Source: Camelus dromedarius
Lineage: Eukaryota
Assembly (NCBI RefSeq): GCF_036321535.1
Contig: NC_087436.1
Coordinates: 32,924,001-32,988,000 of the forward strand
Length of the DNA: 64,000 nt
Reading direction: 5' to 3'
The position numbers and the translations under genes were made by a program. Position 1 is the stretch's first letter; every line of letters starts with the position of its first letter. The notes under the pieces are model-generated. The model saw only the letters and a list, made by a program, of their open reading frames with translations. It was not told where the DNA came from and did not search any database. Positions 39,510 to 52,698 of the stretch are shown here, piece after piece.

Positions 39510-41430
39510 AGATTTTGTTGAGGCATGCCATGAAGAAATTATGTGCCTGATTACCTGTTGAAAAACATAAAAACCTTACAAATCAATTTAATCAGTTTAA
39601 CCGCAATTGGGTAAATATTGACCATTAGATTCTAAAATTCATATAAAATGCAAAGAGCTAATTTCTTCGTTAAGAAATATCAAAGAAAAGGAAAAAAAAT
39701 GTTTCAGTCTTACTCCACAAGATAATTGAGACATTGTGATATTGGTGCTAAGATAGATTAGTAAAGCAATGGAGTAGAATAGAGAGACCAGAAACATAAC
39801 CATACTTGATTCATGACAAAGCTAGCATTGTAAGTGGGGAAGTGATAGTTCTTCATTAAGAAGAAGTGATGTTTGGGTCAATACTTATATGGAACAAAAA
39901 GCAAACATGACCCCTGCATCAAATCATGTAAAAAAATTCCAGGTTGATTCTTGATCTAAAAGTAACAGGCTAAATAAACAATAAAGCTTTGAGAAGATAA
40001 CGTAAGACATATATTTATGTCCTTAGATCAGGCAACGTTTCTTAAAGGACACAAAAGCACTAACTATAAAAGAAAAGAATGGTAAATTGGGCTACACTAA
40101 ATTAAGAATGTTTATTCATTGAAAGATATCAATAAGTGAAAAGGCAAACTCAGAGTGGGAGAAGATATTTACTATACATTTGACAAACATTGTTATACAT
40201 ATAATTGATGAAGAATATAAAGAAACTATCATGAATCAATAAAGAAAATCTGTCAGTTGAGCAGAAAAATGGGCAAGATATTGAACAGGGACTTCACAAA
40301 GAAGATATCCAGTTGGTCAAAAAACATAAGAAAACATGGTCAACTCCTTTAGTAAACAGGGAAATGCAATTTAAAACCATAATGAAACACTTCTAACACC
40401 TACCAGGATAGCAAACAAACAGACATAAAACTGATAATACCTAGTGCTGGTGAGGATATACAGTAATTAGAACTCTCATGGCTGTTGGTGCAATGTTTTG
40501 GGAAACTGTAAGTATCTATTAAAATTAAAGACATATTCCTAGCAGTTCTTCTGCTAGGTATATATCCTGTGGAATTATGGATACCACAAGACAATTTAAG
40601 ATTTTCCATAGCAATATCATTCATAATAGCAAAAACTGGGAAACAACCCCAATGTCCCGAATGGATAAATAAATGACAGTATATTCATGCAATGGATTGG
40701 GATACCACATTAAAAATGAATAACTACTGCTGCAGGTATCAAGATAGATAAATACAAAGAACAATGCAAATGAAAGAAGCAGCTCTCAATATATAAAAGA
40801 ATCCACATGCAGTTAAAAAGTAGGCACTACTAATTTATGATGTTAGAAGCTAGGACAGGGTTCCTTGAGAAGGGCAAATGTAATTGGGTAGAGGAGGGCT
40901 TCCAGAGTTCTGGGAAATTCTTTTCCTTGACCTGGTGGGAGTGACTTGGGAGAAATAACATTCTCATAATTCATTTACGTTTATACTTATGATTTTTGCA
41001 CCCTTATAGTTCTATGTTAATTATATTTTAATAGAAAGTTTATTTAATTTTTAAAAAGACCCTAACACATCACTGTAATAGTGTTCTTGTGCTCATGGGG
41101 AGGGGAGAGGAAAAATCAGAATGACAGAGCTGATGCTATCCTGTCATTGTGTGATTTCTCTGAAGTTCTGTATCAGAAAAAGAAAAATTTAAGTGAAAGG
41201 AAGTATAAAGCAGAAAAAATGGTCATAATACAGGTTGAATGTAGTTGCTTAGATATTTTCCATCTGATAATAAAGGGAGAAAAGGAGTGAATGCTTAAAA
41301 TTCATAAAAAAGACCAGATACAACTATAGTGTCTGCCAACAATAGGTCATAAATATGTCAGAAAGGGAAGAACATAAAAATATTATAAACATTAAGTTGA
41401 GGTTAGGGCAGTGAGAATATTTGGTGCACT
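39510..41430 (+). mobile_element. Ancient LINE-1 (L1ME/L1MC-like) ORF2 end plus 3' UTR fragments
   Basis: ttctaaaattcatat; aatggagtagaatagagagaccagaaac; gtgaaaaggcaaactcagagtgggagaagatattt; agggaaatgcaatttaaaaccataatga; tcataatagcaaaaactgggaaacaacc. Confidence 0.85.
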
Positions 41431-42519
41431 CTTCTTTGAGGGGAAGGTTAAGAAGATTGACTGAGTGCCAGTTCTTTGTTCTTTTAGTTTGGTTATGTGT
41501 GAGCAGAGTAGGTGGTTCTGTTTGGGGGCATCTTTTTGGCTTCTGCTAACAGTGGTTATAATTTATAAGACTATTAGCCAAGTTTGTGCCCCTGAACATC
41601 CCATTTCCCTTAGAACCCTGACTCTTGTAAACCATTTGGGCCTGCATTGTCTGATATTTCTTTTCCCAGGAGTAGGCCCTTGGTTTGGCAGCCCTAATCT
41701 GCGATTTTGAGAACCTACAAATTGTATAAAAGTCATCTCGACAGGAATAGCACCTTTAGGGAGTCTCTCTAGAGTAGCAATTTTCAATTCTACTGGTCTG
41801 CTTCTAAAAACTGGTGGGAAGGGAATGATGTGAAATGAGTTTCAAAAACAAACAAAATCACTCAGTGGGAAGAACGGAATGAGAAAGATGAAGCAGTGAA
41901 GATTGCAGTCCGAAGACCTATAGCTAGAAAGCAGGAGTTGTATAGCCAGCGCAACGTCAAAGGAGTTTGACAGCTCAAACAATAAGAATAATGATTAACA
42001 TAAGGCTTAAGACATAAAAAATAAGCTTTAGGAACCTGGACAAATTAACAGAAGAGAAGAAAGCAGAGATGTTGTATGTATGTTCTGTTATAACAAATTA
42101 CTATTTCAAACGACTATAAAGTTATGAGTCAGGAAGGAATATTTTGTTAGCAAAAGGCATAGGGAGAATCAGACATAGTCATACTTTAATATGCCAAAAC
42201 AAATGACTTGGGAGGAAAATAGGTAAATTTTAATTGCAAAGGCTCTTTCTTTAAAGAAGAAAAAAAAGAAGGCTAAAGAACTATGATTTCTGGATAGCAG
42301 CCCCTTCCCCCTCCCTGGCCCACCCTACCCCCAAAAAAATCCTAAAAAAGTGAAAACTGATAGAGCACAATAATAATGAGAAATGATTTATATTTGTATA
42401 ACACAGAATCCATATCACTTTTTCACTTTTAATACTCTATGGTATTTTTAGGCTCATAATCCCTCATATCATGGAGGTTGGCTCTGTAAGTGTTTCTGTC
42501 TCTGAAGGAAGTTGGGTGA

Positions 42520-42745
42520 CGGTGAAGCAATGTAGCATATTGGTTAGGAGTCTGAACTGTCCGAGATTAATAATCCTGCTCATGTTCTAGCCTTCTTACC
42601 TTGAGCAGCATATTTAACCTCTCTGTGCCTCGGTTTCCTTAATTGTAGAGTGAAGATAATAATGTAATTTACTTCAAGGTTTTGTGAGGATTAAATGTTA
42701 TTTAGTTATAAAGAGCTCAATCAGTGTTAGCTGTTATTAGCCAAA
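42520..42745 (+). mobile_element. MIR SINE
   Basis: tttaacctctctgtgcctcggtttcctt...gtgaggattaaatg. Confidence 0.85.
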
Positions 42746-43734
42746 GCTGTACTGCTCTTTCAGGGCACAGCTTGGACTCAAGTCTGATTTTTCTGCCTGC
42801 AAATTCAGTGACCTTTCCTGAATGCCTTTTTCCCTCTCCTCCCAGATGAGTTAGTATCTGGGCCTCTAGCCAAATTAAGGTCTTGAGAGTCAGGGCCAAA
42901 AAGTAAGAGGGCAATCTCTGAGGGATCGGTGCAAAGATGAAGCATGATTCAACTTCCAAATCAGTTGATCTAGTTAGCAAGAAACTGTCCAAAAACTTAA
43001 GGCCCGGAGGGGCAGACAGAGAGCAAGAATCAGGTCTAAGATGTATGCTCTACAATGGAGATCAGGTAGGACAGTGTTACTATTTTGATATGGGAGACTA
43101 GTAGAAATCCCCAAGGCAATGGTATAGATATTTTGTTATTGTTACTTTTTGGCAATGAGAATCCAACTGTAAATGTTTATGAAATAATAATCTACTTGGC
43201 TTCTACCTCTGGCATCTGGGATACTTACCACCTACCTGCAGGTCCAACCTCATCTCTAATTTCTGTGCCAATTTTGGCCCTTGCCAAGGAGATTCTTATG
43301 AGTCCACTAACTAGTCAACTGGCATATCAAGTCATTCTTCTAGGTAGACACAATCAAATGCTGTGCTTTGTTCTCCTAAACAAAGTCATCTAATACATTA
43401 GTTATTTGAGATTCCATAAATTTCCTCAAAAGTGGTCAGAATGGATGCCAAATCTGATTTCTGGTTAATGAAGCTAGGTCCACTGCCTGAAGCTGCCCCT
43501 CTCTGAAGTGGAACTCTGCACCTTTTCTGTCCTGGAGCTCTGTTGACTGCTGTCCAGCCCACTCCACTGCAAGGACTACCACCTGTTGCTTATTCATTTG
43601 AACTGCACGGTTATGCCGGCCTATTCCTTTTGGTCTGTTTGGTCTCCTGGGCCTGACTTTCTTGATGTGATCTGTCCTACTGCAGATGAATTATTTCTTT
43701 AGTTATGACACACATGAAATATTTATCTTAAAAA

Positions 43735-43965
43735 ACAATGCTTAGCTAACACTAAACATTTCTGTGTACCAGGCCTTGTATTCTATAGCCATTTTCTTAC
43801 TTAATCTCCCCAAGAACCTGTAATGTAGGTAGTATATTGTTAGACTTAGTTTTAAGTTGAAAAAACTAAGGCTCAGAGAGGTTAAGAAAATTTTCCAAGG
43901 TGGAAAGTGGGAAATTTGGGATTCAAAACTGGTAACGCTAAACCCTGAGATCTTAAACATTATGT
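43735..43965 (-). mobile_element. MIR SINE
   Basis: tgtgtaccaggc...aaaactaaggctcagagaggttaag...gggattcaaa. Confidence 0.85.
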
Positions 43966-44554
43966 TATATGTTGACAATAAAAGAAATAGTAAAAGACAG
44001 AGCATGTGGAACAATTTGGAAGAAAGTTGCTCTGTTAAGATGAACTATTTATAAGTAGTAATAAAACTAGATTTTTTATCTTATGCTCATCAGTTCTACC
44101 AGAAATATCAAATGGGGTGCTTTTTTGAGTTTTTTGAGCTTATTCTGTATCTGAAAGGAAGATAAGACAGTAAGAGAGGAAAGAACATACCTTTTTTAGA
44201 AAAATATTTTGGTTCAGTATTTTAGATGGTAAATCAATGAGAATTCTGAAGAGTGTGGAATGACCCACCCCAATCATATTCTCCTGAGATCTCTGCAGTG
44301 GGTTCAGATAGTCACAACCAACATTGACCAAGTACAGAGATTGGGTATTATGAATTGAACTCTATTGTGGATAATTTATAAGTTAAAGAGAAAGTCACTG
44401 GTCATTAATGACTGATAAATTGATAATGTTCAAATGTCTTATGTAACTCAGGTGGCATTGTTAGGCTTATTAAAGAGAGACCGTTAAAACCAAAAACTAG
44501 AACATGGGTTCATTTGTTCAGGACCCAAAATAGTTGTTCTTACTTTTTTTTTTT

Positions 44555-44710
44555 TTTTTAAATTTACGAGCCCCTTTGCAAATCAAATGAAATCTACATA
44601 CTCTCTCCATTGGAAAATACATAAAATCCATATCCTCACACAATTTATCATACAGTTTTATGTTCTGCTGTGAAGCCTGTTCACAGACCCCAGGCTAACA
44701 AGCCATGATT
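44555..44710. mobile_element. hAT-Charlie MITE fragment (MER103-like)
   Basis: gcccctttgcaaatcaaatgaaa.cta..actctctcc...cacacaattt..catacagttt..cacagaccccaggctaa. Confidence 0.55.
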
Positions 44711-46834
44711 TGGAAGAACTCTTTTTGACTAGGGGAGAATTCCAGTGTTAGGATTAAATCTCAGTGAATATCTCTCGCCAAATGCTCTCAAATAGCTCCG
44801 GTGGTGGTGACTTCAGTGTGCACGCTTCACTTACTTGTGAGTGGAATGACTGCTGCTGTTTCAGAATCTGGTGTTTTTCATAATGAGAGACAAGTGTAGG
44901 TTTCATACTCTTATTTATTCTATTCTTGTTCACATTTTTGTAGATAGATAATCCTTTTCTCAAATTCTGCCGAGAGATTCTAAGATGGGCAAGAGATCTT
45001 TTAAAATCTGTTGTAGTGGCTTTTTTTTTTTTTTTTGATTGGAATATATTTTTTCTTTAAGCCACAAAATTACTGTATGTTGTGCCATAGAGACATTTTC
45101 ATGGTTCAGGCAGCTTTGGGGCCCTAATTCTAGTGTAGTTATCAAGCCCACTGACAGGTGTGACAGTACCTGGAAATATGATACAGACTTAGCTTGTCTC
45201 TGCCTTTTTACTTTGGGTTAATGCTCTAGGTACCTCTTCAAAGTTATGCTGTGGAATATTCCTTAAGCATTTATTCTCACAATATTCTTATGTAACGAAA
45301 TTCTTTCAATCCATTTACCTCTTCCATTTAAGTAAGAAAATGAAGGCACAAGCCCTATGGCACCCAAGTATATAGATTGGAGCTTTTTTTGGTCCTTTTT
45401 CAGCATTAGGTCAGTTGATTCTTTATAATCATCTTTGGCTTTATCCTTTGTAGAAGCATGAAATTGACATATAAATAAAGTTTTATTTACACATACCTGA
45501 AATGGTGGCTTTGAACCATGTCTCTGTTGTTTTAGATGGAGGAGGAAGCATATTTCTTCTTTCTTTTGTCAGAATGATACGAAATATTCCCTCCTATATA
45601 TGGATTAATCTTGATGCAGTGATAAAGCTGAGATTCATTTGTTAGATGAAAGGAATATATGGACTCCTAAAAGGAAAAACCTAACTTATTTAAAGTAACT
45701 GTTTAAGCCAGATTAGAATTAAGCTGCTGTGTGGCAGGGAGGTGTAGGTATGTCCAATGGCACTTTCCTCAGTACAAGCAATAGCTACTATGATAAGATG
45801 GATAGGGCTGGGTTTGAGAATGAGAAGTACAAAGTGCAGTTGTTATACTAATGTGGATTTGTCTCTGCCATTCATATATAAAATAAGCAATACCGCCCAC
45901 TAAATTACAAGTGGAAAACAGAATACGTTTACTATTTGGAAAGTGAGGGAATAAGAACTGGTTTGAATCACATCTATGTAGGTACTGTGTACTTTTCTAT
46001 CTGTACCTGCCAGTGAATGTGGAATCTGACATCAATGCCCTATTCTTCTACTCTAGACCTCTCTTCAGAAGATATTGCCAAAAAGATGAATCTGGTCATT
46101 AGGAAAGGATATATGGGTACATATATATTGCAGGTAACTTACCAATAATACCTTAGGAATAGAATGTAAAAAAATGCAATGAAGAGGTTATATTGACACT
46201 CTGACATTCTGAATCAGATAAGTCCGTTCTTGGCTGGGGACATCATTCATACTTTCCAGTATGGCCCAACCCAAGATGTATTACCAAATCTTAGACATGA
46301 AAGGTCACTGTGGTCACCCACTGGGACAAATACAGATTCTCTGCACATGTTCTAATTAGTCAGGGTTTCAGGGCAGTGCAACAGCCATTTTACTTGATGG
46401 GAATAGCTTTATTATTTCCTTTACAATTCAATGACTTTACAGATGCTGTAGTTGCTAGATACACAAACGCTGCATGGAATTACAGGAAGAGGCCCAATCT
46501 CTGAATGAAATTTCAGAAATTCTTCCCTACTGGAGTTTGCAGAGTTTAGAGTGTGTTAACTGTCTCATTCTGGAAAATTACATAAGTGCTATATTGAAGG
46601 TGATTTACTACATATGGGGTCCAAAGTTGGCACTTATCCAGCTTGGTACCATCTTCTCCCAACCTACCTCTGACTGTATTTTAGTGAATGGACAGGTGCC
46701 TTCCAATGAGAAGCCTCTGCTCTAGCAGATGGGTATTTTCAGGGTGTCTCTGAACAGGCTGTGCTCATTCTCATCTACAGCAGACATTTTCGAGTTGATT
46801 TGTTGCCTTTCCAAACAATTTGAACACTGCTTTA

Positions 46835-47125
46835 AGTGAGAGTTCTGGGATTTGAACCTAGGCCTGTCTGACTTTGGTAGACTAAATAAATAAAATGAGG
46901 TCAGACAGACTTGAGTTAGAGACCCTGTCCTGTCATTAGCTAATTGTATCAGTTTGATCAAGATATTTAAAGCTTCTGAAGCTGTTCTTTTTATCTTTGG
47001 CTTTATTTGTGATAATAGCTCAAAAGCTTGCAGCTGAAATAAAACAAGATCAGATATATAAAGCACTTGATACAGTGGTTGGCATTTTAATAGGTACTCA
47101 ATAATTAGAAGCTAATACTGCTGTT
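46835..47125. mobile_element. Head-to-head MIR pair (short minus copy about 46835-46877, longer plus copy about 46895-47125)
   Basis: ctgggatttgaacctaggcctgtctgacttt (minus); gaggtcagacagacttgagtt...atataaagcacttgatacagtggttggca..taggtactcaataa (plus). Confidence 0.8.
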
Positions 47126-50100
47126 TATAGAGAATCATGTAAATATACTGAGTAATTCTGAAGGTCTTTATTTCTTTGCTTCCTTACCCTTACCATGAAA
47201 TCTTTAAACTCAGAGACTAATGTTTTCTATTATGTAACATCTTAGAAGTTTTTAGTAATATTGAATGGTTAGTACATATTGAGCTATGAAAAACAGGCAT
47301 TATAAAGATAGGAAAAAAGGAGGAAACAACAAAGGTAGGATGTTAAGAAAAGTGTGTGATCTTATTTCTAAATTTTAGATTGAATGAAACTTAAGATTTT
47401 GGAAATAATTGTTCAATAATGAAAATAAAGTTTTGAGAGATATTAAATATCACACTTCATGGGTAAAAGTTTTCAAGCATCTGCTGTATGACACAGATTT
47501 CTTTGGAAGGCAAGATTGCTGTTGATGGCTTATATTGTTTGCTTTGATTTGTTTTCAGTGTGAAACTTTATAGGGGGCATTTAATACCATATCCTATGAG
47601 ACAAATTCTAGCACCAGGCAATCTGTCTGAATGGATGAGTTCTGGTGAAGTAGAATTAGCTTAATATTTTTTAGGTACTGGGGATTCTCGGGTGATCTAC
47701 TATTTTTTTTAATGTAATCTCCTCTGTGTTAGAGTCATATTGGCCTGTGTTTGGTTACTAATTCTGTCACACAGCAGTAGTGAGACTTAGAGTAAGTTAC
47801 TTACTCCCCCTTACGTCGGTTGCTTATTTTTCCAGTTATAAACTGAAAATAACAATACTTACTTTGCCTTATTGCTGTGAAGAGTAAATGCAATTAAAGT
47901 GGTTGTGAGGAGGAGAAAGTAGAAAAAGTAAACAGATCATGAAATATTGATAAGGTAAATATTAATTCTTACTCCTCTAGAATATAATAAAAAATAGAGT
48001 ACCACATGTACCTGGCTATTGATTGCATATTAATATAAATGTGAATTCTTATCATACACACAGTTTATAAGGTACTGTTAGAAATTACAGTACTTAAAAC
48101 AACTTTTCACATGTAACAGTTGAGTAGAAATACTAACTTTTTGAACATTGTTAAGGTAATTGTATGGAGTTAATTATCTGTGTGTCCTAATAATTGTTGG
48201 GTTGGGAGACTATTGCTGCTTTCTGCTTTTCTGAGCTATTTCATTTTTATGCTTAAATTGGGTTAAACTGAAAAAAAATCTGATTCACCACAGATGACAG
48301 ACTGAGCCAAAAATGATGCATTTTTGCTCTCTAGCTGATACATTATTTTAATTCTCAGCCTTTAATTCCTGTAGAATCCAAATATTACAAATTGAGGATA
48401 AATATATTTTAAATGTTTGGAAGCAATTTTGTACACATGTTTTTTCTTTTGTACGTGCAGTTGGGATTTTACTATTCTTATTTCCAACACTTGTTTTCGA
48501 CACTTCTGTGGTTTTGTGTTGCACTCTAGCAGATCTGTGGACCGAAAAGAATTAGAAATAGTGACTATGGTAGAAGAGCCAAAAAGAGAACATTAAACTC
48601 AGGGAATTTGTGAAATGTCCTTTATCTGAGTACGGGCCTTGGACCTATAATAAGTGTTGTCAGGAGTTGACATTGATACCTGATATTTTGTGCCATGCTC
48701 TGGGAAATATTATAAACTATGTAAAAATCGAATGAAATTTTCTATTTGTTTAGGAACAAGGCAGAAGGACTCTGTGTATATGTATGTGTTTGTATGTGTG
48801 TATTTCAACTGCCGGTGGGCAGGCCTTTATTACTGGTGGAAAGGGCTGGCTTTTAAGTTTGATAGTGATGATGGAGTATTTCCTCAAACACTGGAAGATT
48901 GGGAGCTGGCAGAACTAATTTCTTTTTAACTATGGTAATTGTTCTCCATGATGAAGTAAAAATTACTCTGAAGAAAGAATTACTTTGGTGTTTTAATCTC
49001 CTATTTTTCTCCACTGTTTTTATGCAGTCTGATGAATTTTTTGATTTGATTTGATTTAGCACTCAATTCCAAATAATCCAAACCAGTTTTGGATTAAGTT
49101 GAACTAAGGTGAAATCAAGGTAAATTTATTGAAGAGCTCTCAAAGAACTGGGTGATTTTTGAGATCAGGTAGAGCAGTTGTCTTATTTTACAGATGAGAA
49201 AATAAAAAAATTAAGAGAATTGCTCAGAATACTAAGCTGATGACAAAAATCCATGTTTTAATAAATAAAAAATACACCATGATTACAATTCAATACATTG
49301 AAATATTGTGGTGAAGAACAAAGATAAAGACTTGAAAATCAAATATACTTTTTATTACTTTCCATCTTTTTTACCTCTTTTACTGCTTTTGTCATTGATG
49401 TTGTTATTAGAGTCCTGCTTCAGGCCAAGCACCCAAATTGCCTCGAAGACAGAGGAGAAACGTGTATCCAAGGGGTAAGAGACTTAGGACAAGAAGGAGT
49501 TGGGGTGAGAAGTATAAAACGTGGGTGTCATTGACAGAGGTGATTTAGTTTCTGGTGACATTTTGTTGTTAACCAAGGTTGTGTGCTGATAATCCTTATT
49601 CTTAAAGAAGTTAGGGCACATCCTTATGTATTTAAAGGCAAACAAATTTTATTCAATAATTTATGTAAGTATTTTTAATCCCTTTAATGCCATTTTCAGC
49701 AGCACATTTAGAAATTTAAAACTGAATCAGTGTCTTTTTTTTTCTTTCAACTGATTTATAGATGAGGGTATTCTATCATACGTAGGAGGTATCTTTTCTT
49801 CTTTATGACCTGTAATTGTTGAGAAAAACTTTGAGAAGACAGTTTAAACCAAAAGAAATGTTTTGCTTAAGTAATTATATCCTCTCTATAATGGTGCTGT
49901 GCTGAAATAGAGGAAAAAGCTGATGGAGAATGATGATATGTCCAGTAAGATCGTCATTGACGGTTACTGCTGAATTACAGGCTGAGAATGTTATTTTCCC
50001 CTTTTCCCCTCTTCATCCTACCTCCCAAATCCCTGCTCTAGGAAACCCAAAGACCACAAATAGCACTACTGAATTGCTGCCTCCACTCTCATGCATTGCC

Positions 50101-50859
50101 TGCTGGCTCACTTCAGAACCTAACATACACCTCAGCTAATAGATTTTTAACCCAGGCATGAAGCTGTTACTTTGTTCTGAGAGTGGGTATAGAATTATCA
50201 GGTGACTTCACCCAGGGAAGAGTGGTGGCTGGAGAAGAATGACTACTTCCTATACTTTGTGGCCCTGATGAGAACTCAGGACATGAACCAAAACATGAGA
50301 GTCAGATGCCTGTAGAAAAGATGTACCTGGGGTACACTGCTGCACAGAAACTCTGGAAAGAATGCACTTGAAGTGGATTATCTGTAAGCTAGGCCTTGTG
50401 TAGCTCAGGTCTCCACCCCATGGTGGCAGGAAGACCTGTACTTCCAGCATTGTCACCAAACCAATCTTTGTATTGAAATAAGCTGGCTCAGTGAAGGCAG
50501 AATGGAACCCCAAAAAAATGCTCGTTGTCATTATACTTGCTCAGTTATGTGTGAGTACAAGTCTTCACCAATCAGTGAAGTGAGGAATTCTGGAAAACAA
50601 CCAAGACATGCTGAGACTAAGGGTCTAGTCTCCATCTGTGCACCCTGGGGGAAATCTGACAGGGCCCTACATATGAAGTCCAACACTGGCCCTGAGGGCC
50701 AGGGCACTCTCTTGGGGCTGAAAATAGCATAAACTTTAGCTAAAAGCAAATTGGTTGAAATGAAATAGTTTGATATGAAAATTTGATTGAACAAATGTAT
50801 GTGTGGTGTGTTTTTTATGCTCTTGTAACTGTATTCTGTGGTTTTAGTGATTTAGGGGG

Positions 50860-51200
50860 AGACAAAGTAATTAAGAGCACAGGCTCTGATATCAGACAGC
50901 CTGGCTCTAAGTTCCTGCTCCACCGTGAATAAACTGGCAGCGTGGCCTTGGGTCCGTGCGTTTGAATCCCAGCTCTGCAATGTGCTAGACGTGTAACTTG
51001 TGTAAGTTATTGAGCTTCTCTGAACCTCAGTTTTCTTGTCTGAGTGTGCAAAACACATTATGGAAAGCACTTAGAATTGTGCCTGTACATAATCACTCGT
51101 AATTCCCATAATATACTTATTTTGGTACACTTTTGGACCAGGTATTACTCTAAGTACACTACATATATTGTCCATTAATGTAAACTAGTACCATCATTAT
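50860..51200. mobile_element. MIR cluster (plus copy with repeated core, then minus tail fragment)
   Basis: ttaagagcacaggctctga..tcagacagcctgg; tttgaatcccagctctgc; ctctgaacctcagttttc; aaagcacttagaa. Confidence 0.8.
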
Positions 51201-51691
51201 TATTTGGGGGGTTCCCAGTGATTATATTTTGAAACTTTTTTATTTTCTTTAAGTACTTCTACATTTTCCTACTTTTTTTTTTCTAATGCATTTTCAGCCT
51301 ATGATTTCTGCTGTTTATATTAGTAAAAGAGTTGGAATAACTTGTGTCCAAACATTACATATTAGTGTTGAGGTTCCATATTTCAGAGGTGGTATAGCTT
51401 GGGTGATAAGAATAAGAACTAACAGTAACAGAGTATTACTATATACCAAGCACTGTGAAGTAAGTACCTCTATAATCCCAGTTAGCAACTGAGGTAACTG
51501 TAGTCTTTAGAGGGCTTAAAAAAAATGTGTATGTGGAACTCGCAATTGTATCTAAGTAGACTGGTTTCAGAGAGAATGTTTGTATATGGTCAAGCAACAT
51601 ATATAGCTGAAAGAAAAAAGTGAAAGTTATTGGAGATGAAAAGATCCGTGAAGTGTGAAAATGGGCTTGATGAGTTGTTCATGTGGACATT

Positions 51692-52698
51692 TGACGCAGG
51701 AAAAACAGATGTGGGGTGTGAGGAGGGCTGTGTCCCAGGCTTTGTTTGAACCCCTGGGATGTGCCTGGCCAAGTATGGGTCCTTGGCTTCGCGCAGAAAA
51801 GAATTCAAGAGCGAGCCACAGCTGAGTGAAGGTAGATTTATTCAGAGAGATACGTTGAAAGGCAAGAGAAAGGCCATGAGGTGTAGGGGTTTGGTGCTCA
51901 GATTAAAAGTAGGTACACATTCCATAGACAGAGTGTGGCCCTCTCCGAAGAGGGAGAGGGAGAAGGAGAGGGCAGCAGTTGTGAGGCACTGGCACCATGT
52001 TGCCAGTTTTTATGGGCTCAGTGGCTTCATATGCTAATAAGTGGAATGACCAGTCCAATGACCAGTGGAATGACCAGGGGAAGGGGCTGGGATTCCCAGG
52101 AAGTTGACCATTTCCCACTCTTTGACTTTTTGTGGCTAGCCTTGGGACTGTCATGGCACCTGTGGGCATGTTATTTACCATGTTAATATATTACAGTGGG
52201 CATATAATGAAGCTCAAGGTTTTTTTGTTTTTTAGACAAAAACAAAAACAAACAAACAAACAAAAACAAAGCGTAAATAAAGGACAGAAATAGACTCACA
52301 GACAGAGAATACAGACTTGTGGTTACCAGGGGGGTGGAGGGTGGGAAGGGATAGACTGGGATTTCAAAATTGTAGAATAGACTACACTGTATAGCACAGG
52401 GAAATATACACAAAATGTTATGATAACTCACAGAGAAAAAAATGTGACAATGAGAGTATATATGTCCATGAATAACTGAAAAATTGTGCTGAACACTGGA
52501 ATTTGACACAACATTGTAAAATGATTATAAATCAATAAAAAATGTTAAAAAAAAAAATGAAGCTCAAGGTTAACCAGAAGTCAAATCTCCCACCCATCCG
52601 GACCCTCAAGGCCCCCTGAGGGTTGAATCCTCCACCATTTTGATGTTAATTGCTGTTGCATTCCTTGGATGGCTGTGCCCTGCCCCCTTCTTGTCTCA
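51692..52698 (-). mobile_element. Young ERV1-class solo LTR (about 655 bp net), split by an L1 insertion
   Basis: TG...CA termini; 4-bp flanks catt/tatt; minus-strand AATAAA (tttatt 51837-51842) followed by U5-like gaattcttttctgcgcgaagccaaggacc; retained CpGs. Confidence 0.85.
52222..52555 (+). mobile_element. Young 5'-truncated LINE-1 3' UTR (camelid-like) with TSD
   Basis: Homologous to the reverse complement of 20420-20725. AATAAA at 52534-52539 plus poly(A). TSD aatgaagctcaaggtt at 52206-52221 and 52556-52571. Confidence 0.95.

Noticed and set aside
48948..49032. C/D-box snoRNA-like spacing (ATGATGA...CTGA...CTGA, 85 nt)
   Set aside because: No terminal stem, no recognisable rRNA antisense element, and the boxes are short enough to occur by chance.
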